DNA from: Eledone cirrhosa
Lineage: Eukaryota
DNA: 64,000 nucleotides
Reading direction: 5' to 3'
Assembly: GCA_964016885.1 (NCBI GenBank)
Contig: OZ024741.1
Coordinates: forward strand, 363,816,001-363,880,000
The position numbers and the translations under genes were made by a program. Below, in pieces: positions 36,169-48,786 of the stretch (the stretch's first letter is position 1; the number at the start of each line of letters is the position of its first letter). The notes below the pieces were generated by a model that was not told the origin of the DNA, searched no databases, and worked only from the letters and a program-made list of their open reading frames with translations.

Positions 36169-38142
36169 TAACTTTACATAGAACGGGGTGGTGTGGATGG
36201 GGTGGGGGTGGCGGCGGGAGGGGTGTATTTTGTTAGAGATGCCTACTGAAAGAAATATTGAATGTCTTTCAATGAGTAACCCTTTCCTTTCCATATTTCT
36301 AATGAAAGACCCTACCTATTATTTCCAAATTATTTTGTAGGAAATAATCAAGAATTTGGAGGGACTTGGTATAAGTTTTTCATTTTTTAATTGGTGTTTA
36401 ATACACAACTTTAGAAAAGGTTCTTACACATACACACATATATAAAATAATAATTTGTGAATTTGATTTAAATACTTTTGTTAATTTTGAGCTCTTTATT
36501 ATTTGTCAAGCAACAATTGAACAGTTCGAAAAATATTAGATATACATGTATATATACTAAGAAAGGTTTATTCACCATCTTCACCAATTTACACTTGCTT
36601 TCCATGATGGCATCGCTTGGACAAATCCACAGTTTGAGACTGGAGAACCTTGTTTCACTCGTGCATTCCAATTTTAATATGGTTTCTATGGCTAGATTCC
36701 CCTCCTAACACCAACCACTTAATGTATACTGGATGCTTTTTATTGTGATGCCACCACTACAGCTTTACAGTGTGCATTGTGTGCATATCGTGATACTATC
36801 ACAAACACTTTACAGATGGTTTCTATTGCTGGATGCTCCTCTTAACGCCAACCATTTTGCAGTGTGTACTAGGTCTATCTCCTTGTGGTACCAGCACTAT
36901 CACTTCACAGAGTGAACTGAGTGCATTTTGTTGTGCCACCAGTACTAGTATTTAGTGTAAGTTATTTTCCTTTAGAATATATAATTATGAAATCAAGAGA
37001 TTATTGATTATACTCATGTTAGAGAAATGTTTAAACAGCTGTTTGGTTGCAACTAACCCTGAAGAAATACTTCTTTGAAGTAAAAGTATAACAATAGCAA
37101 TGAGAAGGCTATCTTTTCAAGTGATATACAAATGATGCTGTTTATATTAATGTCGCTTTAAACTTATGTCAAACACACACAAAGTAAATATTTCTACAGT
37201 TTTTCTGCTGAAATTAAATTTTCTGAGGTAGTAAGGGCCATTTAAATGATCAAACTAGTTGTTATTACTTTTTTAAAATAACTTTATATATAGCAGTGAT
37301 ATTTTCCTTAAATCATACCCTACCATCTTTAAAAGAAAAATGAACTCATTAGATAATTTAATTCTGAGAAGGTCAAGTTAAAGTCTGCACAAAGCCTAGA
37401 GGCTCACCAGGCCAGAGCTTATCTCAGTTTTATAGATATAAAGAAACTGAGAACACAAAACACAGTCTTTGGGACACCAGTCAATTGAAGAGTTAACCCC
37501 ATCCACCAGCTACTGCTTATACTCATTTTTTTCTCAGTTAATTTAATTGGAAGCAACATGAAATGAAGTAACTTGCTCAACAAGGCAATGTACCACACAA
37601 TCTAGAGATGAACCTACAAACCCACAATCTGATGATTATGAGTTAAACATCCTAACCACGCTACTCGTTTCAATGTTGTACTTACTAAAGCAAAGTGTTT
37701 CTTCTGGAAAAAAAAAAAAAAAAAAAAAAAGGGGGGTTCCTAAAGTGTAAACTGTTATTTTATTTTGTTTGTCTTACTTTAAGTTTTTACTCCAATATTT
37801 CTAACTTTAGACTGTATTGTCTTTCACAAAACAACCCTAATCAGATATTTCACAATGTTTCATATACACTATACAGCTTTGTGTCTAAGTGAAGAAATTA
37901 ATAGCTAGTCTTAAAATATAAATAAAACAAAATATAAAAAAGAAAGAAAAGCAGGTGAAGGGAATTTATATTAATAATAATGTTTTAAAAAAAGGAAGGC
38001 AGAAGAAAAAAGCTATATGAACATATTTTAAATTACTGTTTATGTCTGAAAGTTATGATAAAATGCAGAGATGAAGTGGGGAGGAGATTTTAATGGTCAA
38101 CATGCAGTAGCTGTAGTAGATATATAAGAGCACTATCATTAC

Positions 38143-38310
38143 ATTTTTTGTTCGGTTGCAACAGCAGTGTTATTTTGATCAGTTGCAACAACAGTAGTGA
38201 TCTTTTGCTCAGTTGGAACAGTGATCGCTTGTTTCTCTTTGCTATCTGCTGGATCCATGCCTGACTCATCATCAAAAGGATTCAGTTTGTCATCATACTG
38301 TGGCTCTTCC
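38143..38310 (-). CDS. PACSIN: Syndapin NPF-motif cassette exon (168 nt, phase 2-2)
   Basis: ttttttag|G GAA GAG...AAA AT|gtaatg. Translates EEPQYDDKLNPFDDESGMDPADSKEKQAITVPTEQKITTVVATDQNNTAVATEQK. Confidence 0.88.
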
Positions 38311-41300
38311 CTAAAAAAATTGGAGTTATATCCATTATGTCCATGTGGGATTGACTGACTAGCTTGAAATAGCTGACTTACCTTAAGCATTAAAATTATA
38401 CTATTTTGATAGGTAATGCATAGAAAGATGGATTTATTTGGGCTCTTAACATTCTGAAATAATTCAGCAGAAAATATCTACAAATGTGTACATTAATTCA
38501 AATGTATATATTATGTTTACTTTGTGAAAATTTGCAATGTTAGAGAAAAGATTTCAATTTTAATATGAAGCAGTCATAGTGCTGTCTTATACTTTTCAAG
38601 AATGTCTTGCTAATGCAATTTCATGTGGTACAGGATGTTAAGGGTCAAGAAAGTTTATGCCTAGATCATAAAGCTACATATTTGGGCTTCAGACAGGTTG
38701 ATGCTATTTTGACAGGTAATACACAGAAAGGTGGAATTATTTTAAAGCAACTGTCTGCTGGAATAGTTTGATCTAAAAATATCATTTGCAAGTGCTGTTG
38801 GTTAATAAAATATTGATGCTGATTAAAATTTCAAGAAAAGTAAAGATACATTTATTTAACTGAGCATCCTGTACTGAATGAAGCTGTATTAACAAGACAT
38901 TTTTGAAAAGTACAAAACAGTACTATGTCTGCACCACCTTAAGAGTTGAAAACATTACTCTAATATTGCAAACTTTCACAACAATCTGTTGACATAACAT
39001 CCTAAACCATATGAATATATGTTAACCAAACATTCTTGAAAAGTTCAAAAGAGCACTATGACTAAATTAGTCTTTACTCTAATATTGCAAATTTTCACAA
39101 TAATCTGTCCACTAGTATACTATAAACATCTGAATTAACAAACTCACTTTTTTATATTTTTACTAAATCATTACAAGGTGTTAAGAGTTATGCATTAAAA
39201 TGATACTATTTTGGTAGATAACACACAGGAAGGTGGAATTATTCTAAAGCAATTGCATGCAATATTTACAATTGTTTCATCATCATAGTCATCATCAGTA
39301 GATTAATAAATATTCATGTTGTTTAAAATTTAAAAATGTAACAATACACCTATTTTAATAACACCTACCTTGAAATCTAACTAACCCCCGTTTAAAAAAA
39401 ATTAAAACAAAATAAAATATATAGTTAGTTGAAATTAAAATAACAATGTTTGATTAAACTATACATAAAAAAAAATGTTCAATTGTCTATTATGCAGAAG
39501 TTTTATTAACACATAAACCAACTATAATGAGGTGAATGAGTCATCACAGTTTGAGACAAAACAGGTTGGATAACCATGTCATGCTCAGATTTTGGCATCG
39601 CTACTACAGCCAGAGGCTCTTCCTAATGCCAACCACTTTACAGAGTGTACCGGGTGCATCGTTATTCAAAACTCCTTTCTGGTAATATCTTATCATGAAC
39701 CTATTATTGTACATAATCTTCTCTTAGATAATTTAAATCATACTTTCTTAGCTATTATAAATATAAAAAATGAAGTAAACTTATATTGAAATAGTCTATA
39801 AATCTTTAAAAAAATTAAAACAAAAAAAAAAAAAGTTTGTAAAATTAAATTGCATACAAAATAAAACAATTAAACATATATATAATTATAGAGATTCAAA
39901 TAAAACAGTAGGTATAGGAAATTTATTTTAAAACAATTGTAAAATATATGTAGCAGGTCAGTAAAATGATTTCTTTTTATAGATGATGATAATTATTTGA
40001 GATGTCAACTATTAAGTCATGGTCAGTTAGTGATATCTTCTCATTTCTTCTATTTATTTTTAATTCCCAAATAAGATGGAAGGAGGAGAGGATGAAAGCA
40101 AATGGATTGGTGAGGGTGGATGCAAATGATAGAAGCTTGTCATGGGGCCTCACAAAACATGTTTTGTTGTGTTGCATATATGTATGTTCAATATTGTAAA
40201 CCACATTTTTGCACTTAGGTAACCAAAATTATTTTTCATGGAGATGATAGGCTATGTGGCTTTTTCTTAAATTTGTTCTTTTTAATTCATGAGAGAAATA
40301 TTGTAACTGATTCAAAATAATTCATTTAGAGTATTTTGGAAAAAATAGTATGTTTTCCAAGTGAAAGTGTACGAGTAAAATTATATTTTAAGTTCCATAT
40401 TAGTTTGTTTATACTTTTAGGATGCTCAACTCGAACCATCTTCCAGATAGCTTGGATGTAATAATTTTGTATTAACATTCTCAAATAAAAACCAACATCT
40501 TTTAAAAGTAATTCATTCAAAATATAGAGAAAACATGTGACTATTTATTTTAAGTATTAAATCTGTGCAAGACTGCTAGTATATTATGTATGAGTGTTTC
40601 CTTGTCTGTTTATGGCCTGGCCACTAATACTTTATTTTACTGTATACAGCAAATATAAAGTTAGTCATTTTGTTATGATTTTTCTAATGAAAAACACTGC
40701 CTATGATTTTTTAATAATTTTGAAAATAATCAAGAATTTGGAGGGATTTAGTAATATAAATAACTTCCTCACTAATAACCTGGTGTTTGGAGCATAACTT
40801 AAAGTTTCCAACATAAAATTATAATGGAAGATTTTTAGATAAATATAAAACACTTTAAAACAAACAGCTTAGTAACAAGTCAAGAAACCATGTAGAGGCT
40901 CCTTCATTGGCTGGACTGGTAGCTCATTATAGACAGTCCCAAATGGATATGATTTATGTTCAGTCCTTCTCTTTGGGAAAAGAAACAGCTTTGTATCATA
41001 ACACCAGAAGTGGTTTCAGGTGGTTTGGTATCAAACAGGCAGAACTGAAACTGTAATAATATTTTAGATTTTTCAATGTTTCTAAATGATAAAATTAAAA
41101 CATTTTCCCACAAGTGTTTAGCATATTGGAATATCAGATATTCATAATCATTGCTGGTGATTTAAAAATTAAACTACATGCTTTTAACTTTAGGACAGCA
41201 ATTTTAGGAGGAGATATTGCAAATGACATATAAACACCCTTAAAGACATTCAACTTGGTTTTTAAATTCTCATGTTGTTATGATCAAAGCAGTGAGAAAA

Positions 41301-44259
41301 CAGAGAAAGATAAACAGAAAGAGAAGATAAAAAATGAAATGCATTTAAAGAAATGGAATTTGGAAAGGAATTACTCTAATGAGACCAAACTAAAAATCAT
41401 TATTGACTGAAAAGATGCAATTTAGCATAGACATACTTCAAGGGACAGTCATCAACTGATAAGTAAGAGCCTTTCTCATTCACAAGAGGTATCATTACTA
41501 AGAAAAAATACAAACTATTGGCTCAATTCCTCCCACAAGATTGACAAGCAAAGGAACAATACTAACTTTGCAATGTGTTTATTTGCTTTAGCAGGCAGAA
41601 ATGTTCCATGCAAAGTTATTGTAAAAAGTTCATTACCATTCAACACATTGAACATAGTTATATTCTCAGATTTCATTATTATTATTATTATTATTAGAAA
41701 AAGACTTATCTATGAGAATAATTTAACCTTCAAGTCACCATATTTCTAAATAATTTCAAATAATTAATAAAAAAAAAGAGGAGGGATTAAAAATTAATTC
41801 ATTACTAAAATAGAATTTGAAACAATTTAACAAATGCATGTTATATAAAACTGTCTTGGATTTTTAAATAGGAACCCTTTAAAATGGGTGACTTTGTTTC
41901 ATAGAACCAAGAGCAGTTTTGGGCAGGTTGGTAATAAAAAAGTTAAATTACAAATTTTCTAAATATATTTTTCCTTTGAAGAATAATTGTATTCACTTTA
42001 ATCAAAAGTTTCAAATCTAAGCTACAAATATTCTGACTTTCCTCCATTTCTATTTTTTTAATTTCAAGGAATTATATATCAATATATAAAGGATAAAAAG
42101 GAATCCTTCATTCAGTTTATTCCTTTCAGAGTTCCCCCACTTCTACCAATTGTATACATAACTGAATGTTTCAGAATTGTACATCAAGATTTTTATTTTA
42201 TGCCTGTTTGTCCATGGTGACATGAATTGGACAGGTCATTGCAGTTGGTTTTCCAATCCATCCAGATGTCAAATGATGATTATCTATCAACACACACACA
42301 GAGGCTAAAAGTTTGACATCAGTTTATAAACTCAATAATGGTTTCTAATTTTGGCACAAAACAATCATTTAGAGGGGGGGGGGGGGTTAGCAGCAATTAA
42401 CTGAAGCCTAGGCCTAAATGGATACTTCATTTTATCAAGCCTAGGAAGGACATAAGGCAAAGTTGACTTCAGTGGAACTTATAAGAGTAATTTCTTTTTC
42501 TAAGGGGATTGTTATCACATATAGGATCGTTTTTCAACATATAAAGCTATAAATGTGCAGTAGATTAACAAAAGAGATTTCTGTTCCAATCTCAACTTAA
42601 ATCACTCTGATGAAATGAAATAGAAAATGAAAAGATCAACATTCATTTTACTATATGTGTTAGTGTAACCACACCTAACAAAATTATTTCTGCATGATTT
42701 GTAAACTACTAATTTAAATAATCTGATTATTATTATTTTACAAATATTTTCCATGATTGCATAGGCTCAATGGGTAGGGGATGAGGTCAGTACTTTATAA
42801 GAGTTACTAACCCACTAGATGGACAGAGGTCCATGTGTTGTTCTAGCATGGTTTCTACAGCTGGATGTTCTACATAATGCCAACCACTTTACTGGTGTCA
42901 CAATATAATGCACCTACTACACTTTGTAAAGAATCATAATGAGATCAATTTACTGTCGGGCTTTACTTTTTGAAAATAATTTAGGTCCCATCTGAGTGAA
43001 AAGAAAACTGAAGTGGAAAAAAAATTACTAAAAGAATCACTCAAGTGTCTATAAATTTGACTCCCAACAACAATTTCCTCTACTACAAAAGAGAAATTCA
43101 ATAAGAGAAGAACCAACATTTACGTGTATTTAAAACAATTTATCATCAGAAGGATAATTCTTTGATATAACAGTAAAGTTTGAGATTCATATTTCATATA
43201 CAAAAAAAAATGAAATAATATAACAAGCATTAATATAGAAAATAACTTTTACCACTAAAAATGGTGGTCAAATTAATGTTTGAAACACTGAAATAAAAAG
43301 AAAAGATTAATCCAAAATGTAATCTTGTTGGTGACATATATTTTAATATTGATACTGTGGAATAATGCTTACTTTCTATACAAGATTATTTAAATGTCTG
43401 GAACAGTCATGCATAACCTTTTTCAGAAAAAAAAAAAGGAAAAGCACCAGGATTCAAACTCAGAACACACGGAGCCAGATCAAGTACTGCAAAGTATCTT
43501 GTCTGACTTTTTAACAATTCTGACAATACACCACCCTTGAAAGGGTGAAAGGCAAAGTTGACCATGGCAAAATTTGAACTCAGTGAGCTGGAACAAATGC
43601 AGAGGCATTTAATTTGGACATCCTAATGATCCTGCCAATTTACTGTCCTTTCTGAAGGTGGTCTACAAAATTCACAAAGAAAACTTCATGGACCACCAAA
43701 TATAAATTTACTTTTAATTGCATTATGCAACACAGTAAAACATAAAACTTGTTGTGGACCACCCAAACTTGGGTTTGGATCAATGGTGGTCTACCTGAAT
43801 GATGCTGTGCACCATAGGTCTAGAACATAAAATATTTTTTTTCTAGTCTGTTATAAAAGTAACAGGTAAAAAAAAGAGATCTATTTAGGTTAAATTAAAT
43901 CAAATGAAAATACAGAATATTTTGGAAAAGTCCATACAATATAAGAGAAATACAAGAGTAAAAATTTGTTTTCACTCTTGCATTCCTAGCTTGCATTGTA
44001 CAGACTTTCCCAAATCATACCTAACCACATATTTCATATAATGTATATTGCTTTGCAAAATAAAGAAATATTAATGATTCAGTATTAAAATGAATTATTA
44101 AAGATTTAGTGAAATAAGAAAATTATTGAAATTAGATGAAATAATTGTTTCTACTATTGGCACAAGGCCAGAAAATTACCCAGTACATTACTGGTACTTT
44201 ATTTTATCGACCCCGTAAGGATGAAAGGCAAAGTTAAATGATGATGAATGTTCACAGTA

Positions 44260-44312
<53 letters not shown>

Positions 44313-45101
44313 AGTAAAACATAATAATTATTAGAAATATTTAAAGTTCTGGAACCAGTGAATACTCCTAATGTTTATGACATTAACAGAAAACTCTGTC
44401 TTTTACATTAACGGGAGACTTGATTTTCTTTGAGATTACCAATGTTTATTACTGACAAAACATTTTGGAAATTAGTTTGAAACATAATTAATTGTAACCA
44501 AATTGCTTTAACCCTTTTGATACCATATTTCTAATGAAATACATAGCCCATATGTTTTGTTTTACATTGAAAATAATGAAGAATTTGAAGGAATTTAACA
44601 ATATAGCTTAAGTTTTTCATTAAGTTAGTGTTCAGAATATTACTTAATAGAAGGTCCTTTAATAAAATTATGATGGAAGTTTTTTAATTTAACTCTGAAT
44701 ATACTGTACAACATGAAATTACATAAGGAAGACATTTTTGTAAAGAACAAAATATCAGCACTATGACTGCATCATATTAAAAGTTAATACTGCAAATGAT
44801 CTGGCTACTAGTAAAGATACTATAAACATTTGAATTAACAAACCTGTTTAGATATTTTCTGTTAAATCATGACAGCATGTTAAGAGTTATAAAATTGGGG
44901 GGGTCAGCCATGTTGGTATCAAAAGAGTTAATAATTATATTTAAAAAACATGGAGTGAATGTTCTGGAATAAAACAATACAGAAAATAAACACGGTGTTG
45001 TTACTATGGTAACTAAAGGAGATTATGCTGTGGCTACTGCTAAAGTATTTGATCAAATAAATATAAGGGTTTTGCAGCAGTAACAGTGATGTGGCTCAAA
45101 C

Positions 45102-45269
45102 CTGCCAAAAGGATTTTTATCAATAGCTTGTAGACCACATATTGTTTGAGCAGACAAAGACTCAGATATCTTAATCATGGTATTTGTGGCATGACTTGTC
45201 CACCTTCCAGTGAAAGATTTTGATAAGTTGACAACATAAGAAAGCTTTGATTTCACACTGTTAGTAAAT
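45102..45269 (-). CDS. Candidate syndapin NPF cassette exon (168 nt, phase 2-2)
   Basis: tattttcacag|A TTT ACT...AAT CCT TTT GGC AG|gtttga. Open in the required phase and ends ...QAIDKNPFG; the donor is weak. Confidence 0.5.
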
Positions 45270-45848
45270 CTGTGAAAATATACAAGGTTAATGGAAACAA
45301 GACAGATATATTTAAAATATGACAAATCTTATTAAAATTCTAGCAAAATGTATTAATGGCAAATACAGTCCTTATTAATAACACATAAATGTCTATGTTC
45401 CTTAGATAATATAATTTGTTTGGCAGAGGTGATTGTGAAGCTTATCTTTTGCTGTTGAGGTCATATTAAGACCAAAACATGGTGGGAGTTGTCTTTTATA
45501 ATTGCCAAAGTAATTAAAATATCAGTCATTGGCTAATATTGTTTTTTCTTCACTGCATAATTATTTTTAACAATCCTTTTAATGCTCCTTGCATTATATA
45601 TGCTAATATTAACATAATTATAATAATTCAGTTAAGAAGAACACAGTAGAATTCTTGTTATATCTTAATTTCCCTATATTATATTATAATGCTGCATGTC
45701 AAACTTACTATTTCCTTAATTACATCACTATATAACTATACAGTTCTGTAGCATTATGTTATGATGACATGACTAAAGTCTATATTACTTATTTCAAATT
45801 TCGGTCATCATAACAAATATTTCACAAAGCCAATCATATGAACTTGAA

Positions 45849-45880
<32 letters not shown>

Positions 45881-46902
45881 TCTCACTGAAGACATGTAAT
45901 TGCCTTATTTAACCCTTTTGAGAGTTGAAATATCTGATGGGCACAAATATAACTGCCATATACCACAGTTTGCAAATGGCAATAGTCTTATCCTGGAGCT
46001 TGGATAAAGAATATTCAAAGAAAACATTTTTGCATAACTATTTCAATTTCTGAAAGATTTATTAAAATGAATAATTATTTCATTACTAAGATACTAACTT
46101 AACGCATGGTTCTTGAAATAAAATTATGTTGGAAGATTTTTTTCAAATTTAAATATGTACCCTTTAAATAGGTGGTTTTGTTTCAAAGAACCAGAGCCGG
46201 GATTTGTCTGGGTTAGTATCAAAGAGATTAATTTTATTAAAGAATCACAAAGCCATCAAAACAAGATGTCATAGAATTGGTTCATATAACTGAAGCATCT
46301 CAAAGTCAATGCATCCTTGCCACTGCCACTCAAAATAAACCTAATTGAAAGAAATAAAAAGTGAGAAAATGCGTGTGCATGTGCTTCATCTTTAAAGGGA
46401 AATAAAAATATCAAATAGTTCAAAGAAAGACTGCCCCTCCTTCCAAATGCACACACACATTTTAATTAGAACAGAACAATATTTAGAAATGTATAAATAT
46501 ATAAAAACAGCAAAGTATCAGTTATGATAAAAGTGTAATTGTTGTGTTTCAAGGTCTAAGAATTTTCATCAACATCATTGTCATCATCATTTTATGGCTA
46601 TTTTCTTCTGTTGGCATAGGTTGGGGGAGTTGCCATCATCTGAGTCAGCTTCTATTTAGAGTTACAACCCTACTAGATGGGGTGGGGGACCATATATTGT
46701 ATCATATGTACAGTTTCATTTCACACAAATAAAAATAGGTTTTCTTATAAGAAAAGCTTTAGTTTGCAATTTGTATCATAATATTCCCTAAATTACAATA
46801 AAATACAATTTAAATATCTGAGGAACACATAACTATCATGTACTATAATTCATAAATTATCCTGGAACCTGGATAAAGAATATTCCAAGAAAACATTATT
46901 GC

Positions 46903-48256
46903 ATAACATTTAAACATTTGAGTGGAAGAGTAGCCATAAATGACTCAGTGTAAATAATGAGAAATACACACACACACACATATATATATATAGTTCAAGA
47001 ATAAACAAGACAAACACATACATGAAGAAATCCAAAGTCTTATTAGTTTCATACTTGGGAAGTATATATAATATACATACACACACACACATATATCTAT
47101 ACACACACACACATTCACATATAAATGTGTGTGCATATATACATATATATATATATATGTACACATATATATTGCATGTAAGTGTTGTTTTGGTCCTGCA
47201 ACATGAAGTAATAAAATATTTGTGAGGCAACAAATAAATATATTTTAAACAAGAAAAATAACAATAACAGAAAAAATGCGACAGTATTATCAAATGGAAT
47301 AAAAAAATAAATTAAAAAGGGTAAAAAAAAAGGGGGGGGGGGGGGATTCAAATAAATTCAGACATGAAAATAAACTTACTTTTGGTAATTTGATCCTGTT
47401 GGAGGTTGGTCTGAATTGGGAGTATAACTAGGTTCACGGGAATGCTTGATACCTGTTATTATGATACCTTCATTTGAGCCGAATGCTTGCTTTTTTGTTT
47501 TGGTGATATTGTGTAATTCTGGTGAATATTCCTAAGAAAAATAAAATAAAATAAATATTACATGTACCACAGCATGGCCACAGTCTAATAACTGAAACCA
47601 ATAAAAGTGTAAAAAAAAAAATAATAGAAAGGGATCCAAAGCAGCGCCTGGTGATATTTTCCTTATTACCACAGACTTCTGGGATAGAGCTGATCATCAG
47701 ATCAAACAAAAAGAAACAGTGTTTCAACTGATGGTCGCAATTTCTGGCAGAAGAATTTGAACTTAGAACACATAGAAGTTATCAAGTGTTTGATAAGACT
47801 AAAGAGTTCTCCCTACCCTATATTGTCTTCATTTGATCACTAGACACATTACAGAGTGTAATGAGTGTATTTTATCATGGCACCAGCACTACAACGGTTG
47901 TCAATATATATTTAATTTTGTTTTCATTTGTCACAATTGATGAGCAATAGTTTCATTGATTTTTAACTGACGAATCACTGGTTCATTGAGAGTGACAAGA
48001 AATTGCTTAACTCAGCAGAACAAAAACACAAGATATTTTTTATTGAAAAGCATCAGATTTTTTAGTTTCCTTACCAATGTTTACAGCATTCACCAGTATA
48101 CATTAGCAAAAAATATATACATATATGCATCTGACTGTAAAATATTGCCTCAATTAAGACTGCACATATATATATATATGTGTGTGTGTGTGTATTTCTC
48201 ATTATTTACACTGAGTCATTTATGGCTACTCTTCCACTCAAATGTTTAAATGTTAT
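46903..48256. repeat. Perfect 90-bp inverted repeat pair (46903-46992 / 48167-48256) flanking a syndapin exon
   Basis: Arms are exact reverse complements, including a (CA)7 tract; the ORF track shows the same peptide on opposite strands. Confidence 0.95.
47380..47531 (-). CDS. PACSIN: Syndapin post-F-BAR exon (152 nt, phase 0-2)
   Basis: ttttcttag|GAA TAT...CAA AA|gtaagt. Translates EYSPELHNITKTKKQAFGSNEGIIITGIKHSREPSYTPNSDQPPTGSNYQ, resembling the PACSIN segment after WPQFE (EW/Y...KKK...GVTLTGI). Confidence 0.9.
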
Positions 48257-48786
48257 AAAGTCTATTAAGGTACTTATAAAGCTAACCCCTGCTTTAACAG
48301 GAAAGATAGCCTTAAAATGTGAGTGTGTGTATTGTATTAAGAGAGAACAAAATTTTCTTTGTTGTTCTTAATACAAATACTCTGCAAATTACATCAATAA
48401 CAAACTGATGCTACTGCAAATATACACATTCAACACGGAACTATTCACGTAATAGCATTGAGTGCTTAAACTGGTGGCACCCATAGCAATAAAATATTAG
48501 CAAAACTCCATCACTATGCTGTTGGTAAATGCTAATACAAATGCTAGTTTAGGGGCTCATTCTTAGCTAAGAACTTCCCTTGCAGTTGTCTCATTAGGAA
48601 AATATATCCTGGGTTGGTTTTGTATTGTGTAGCTAGTTTAGGCTTGTTGTAGTTAGTTGTTGGGTAGGACTGTATAAAGAAAAGTTACACACATACACAC
48701 ACACACAATGGACTCCTGCAAAAATATTGTGTGAGTGGTTACAAAGCAAATTTTTTAATCACACTATCATAGTATATATATATATA

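Noticed and set aside
24431-43413. Scattered TGCATG (Rbfox) motifs on the minus strand near exons
   Set aside because: The count is not clearly above chance for this base composition; used only as local supporting evidence.
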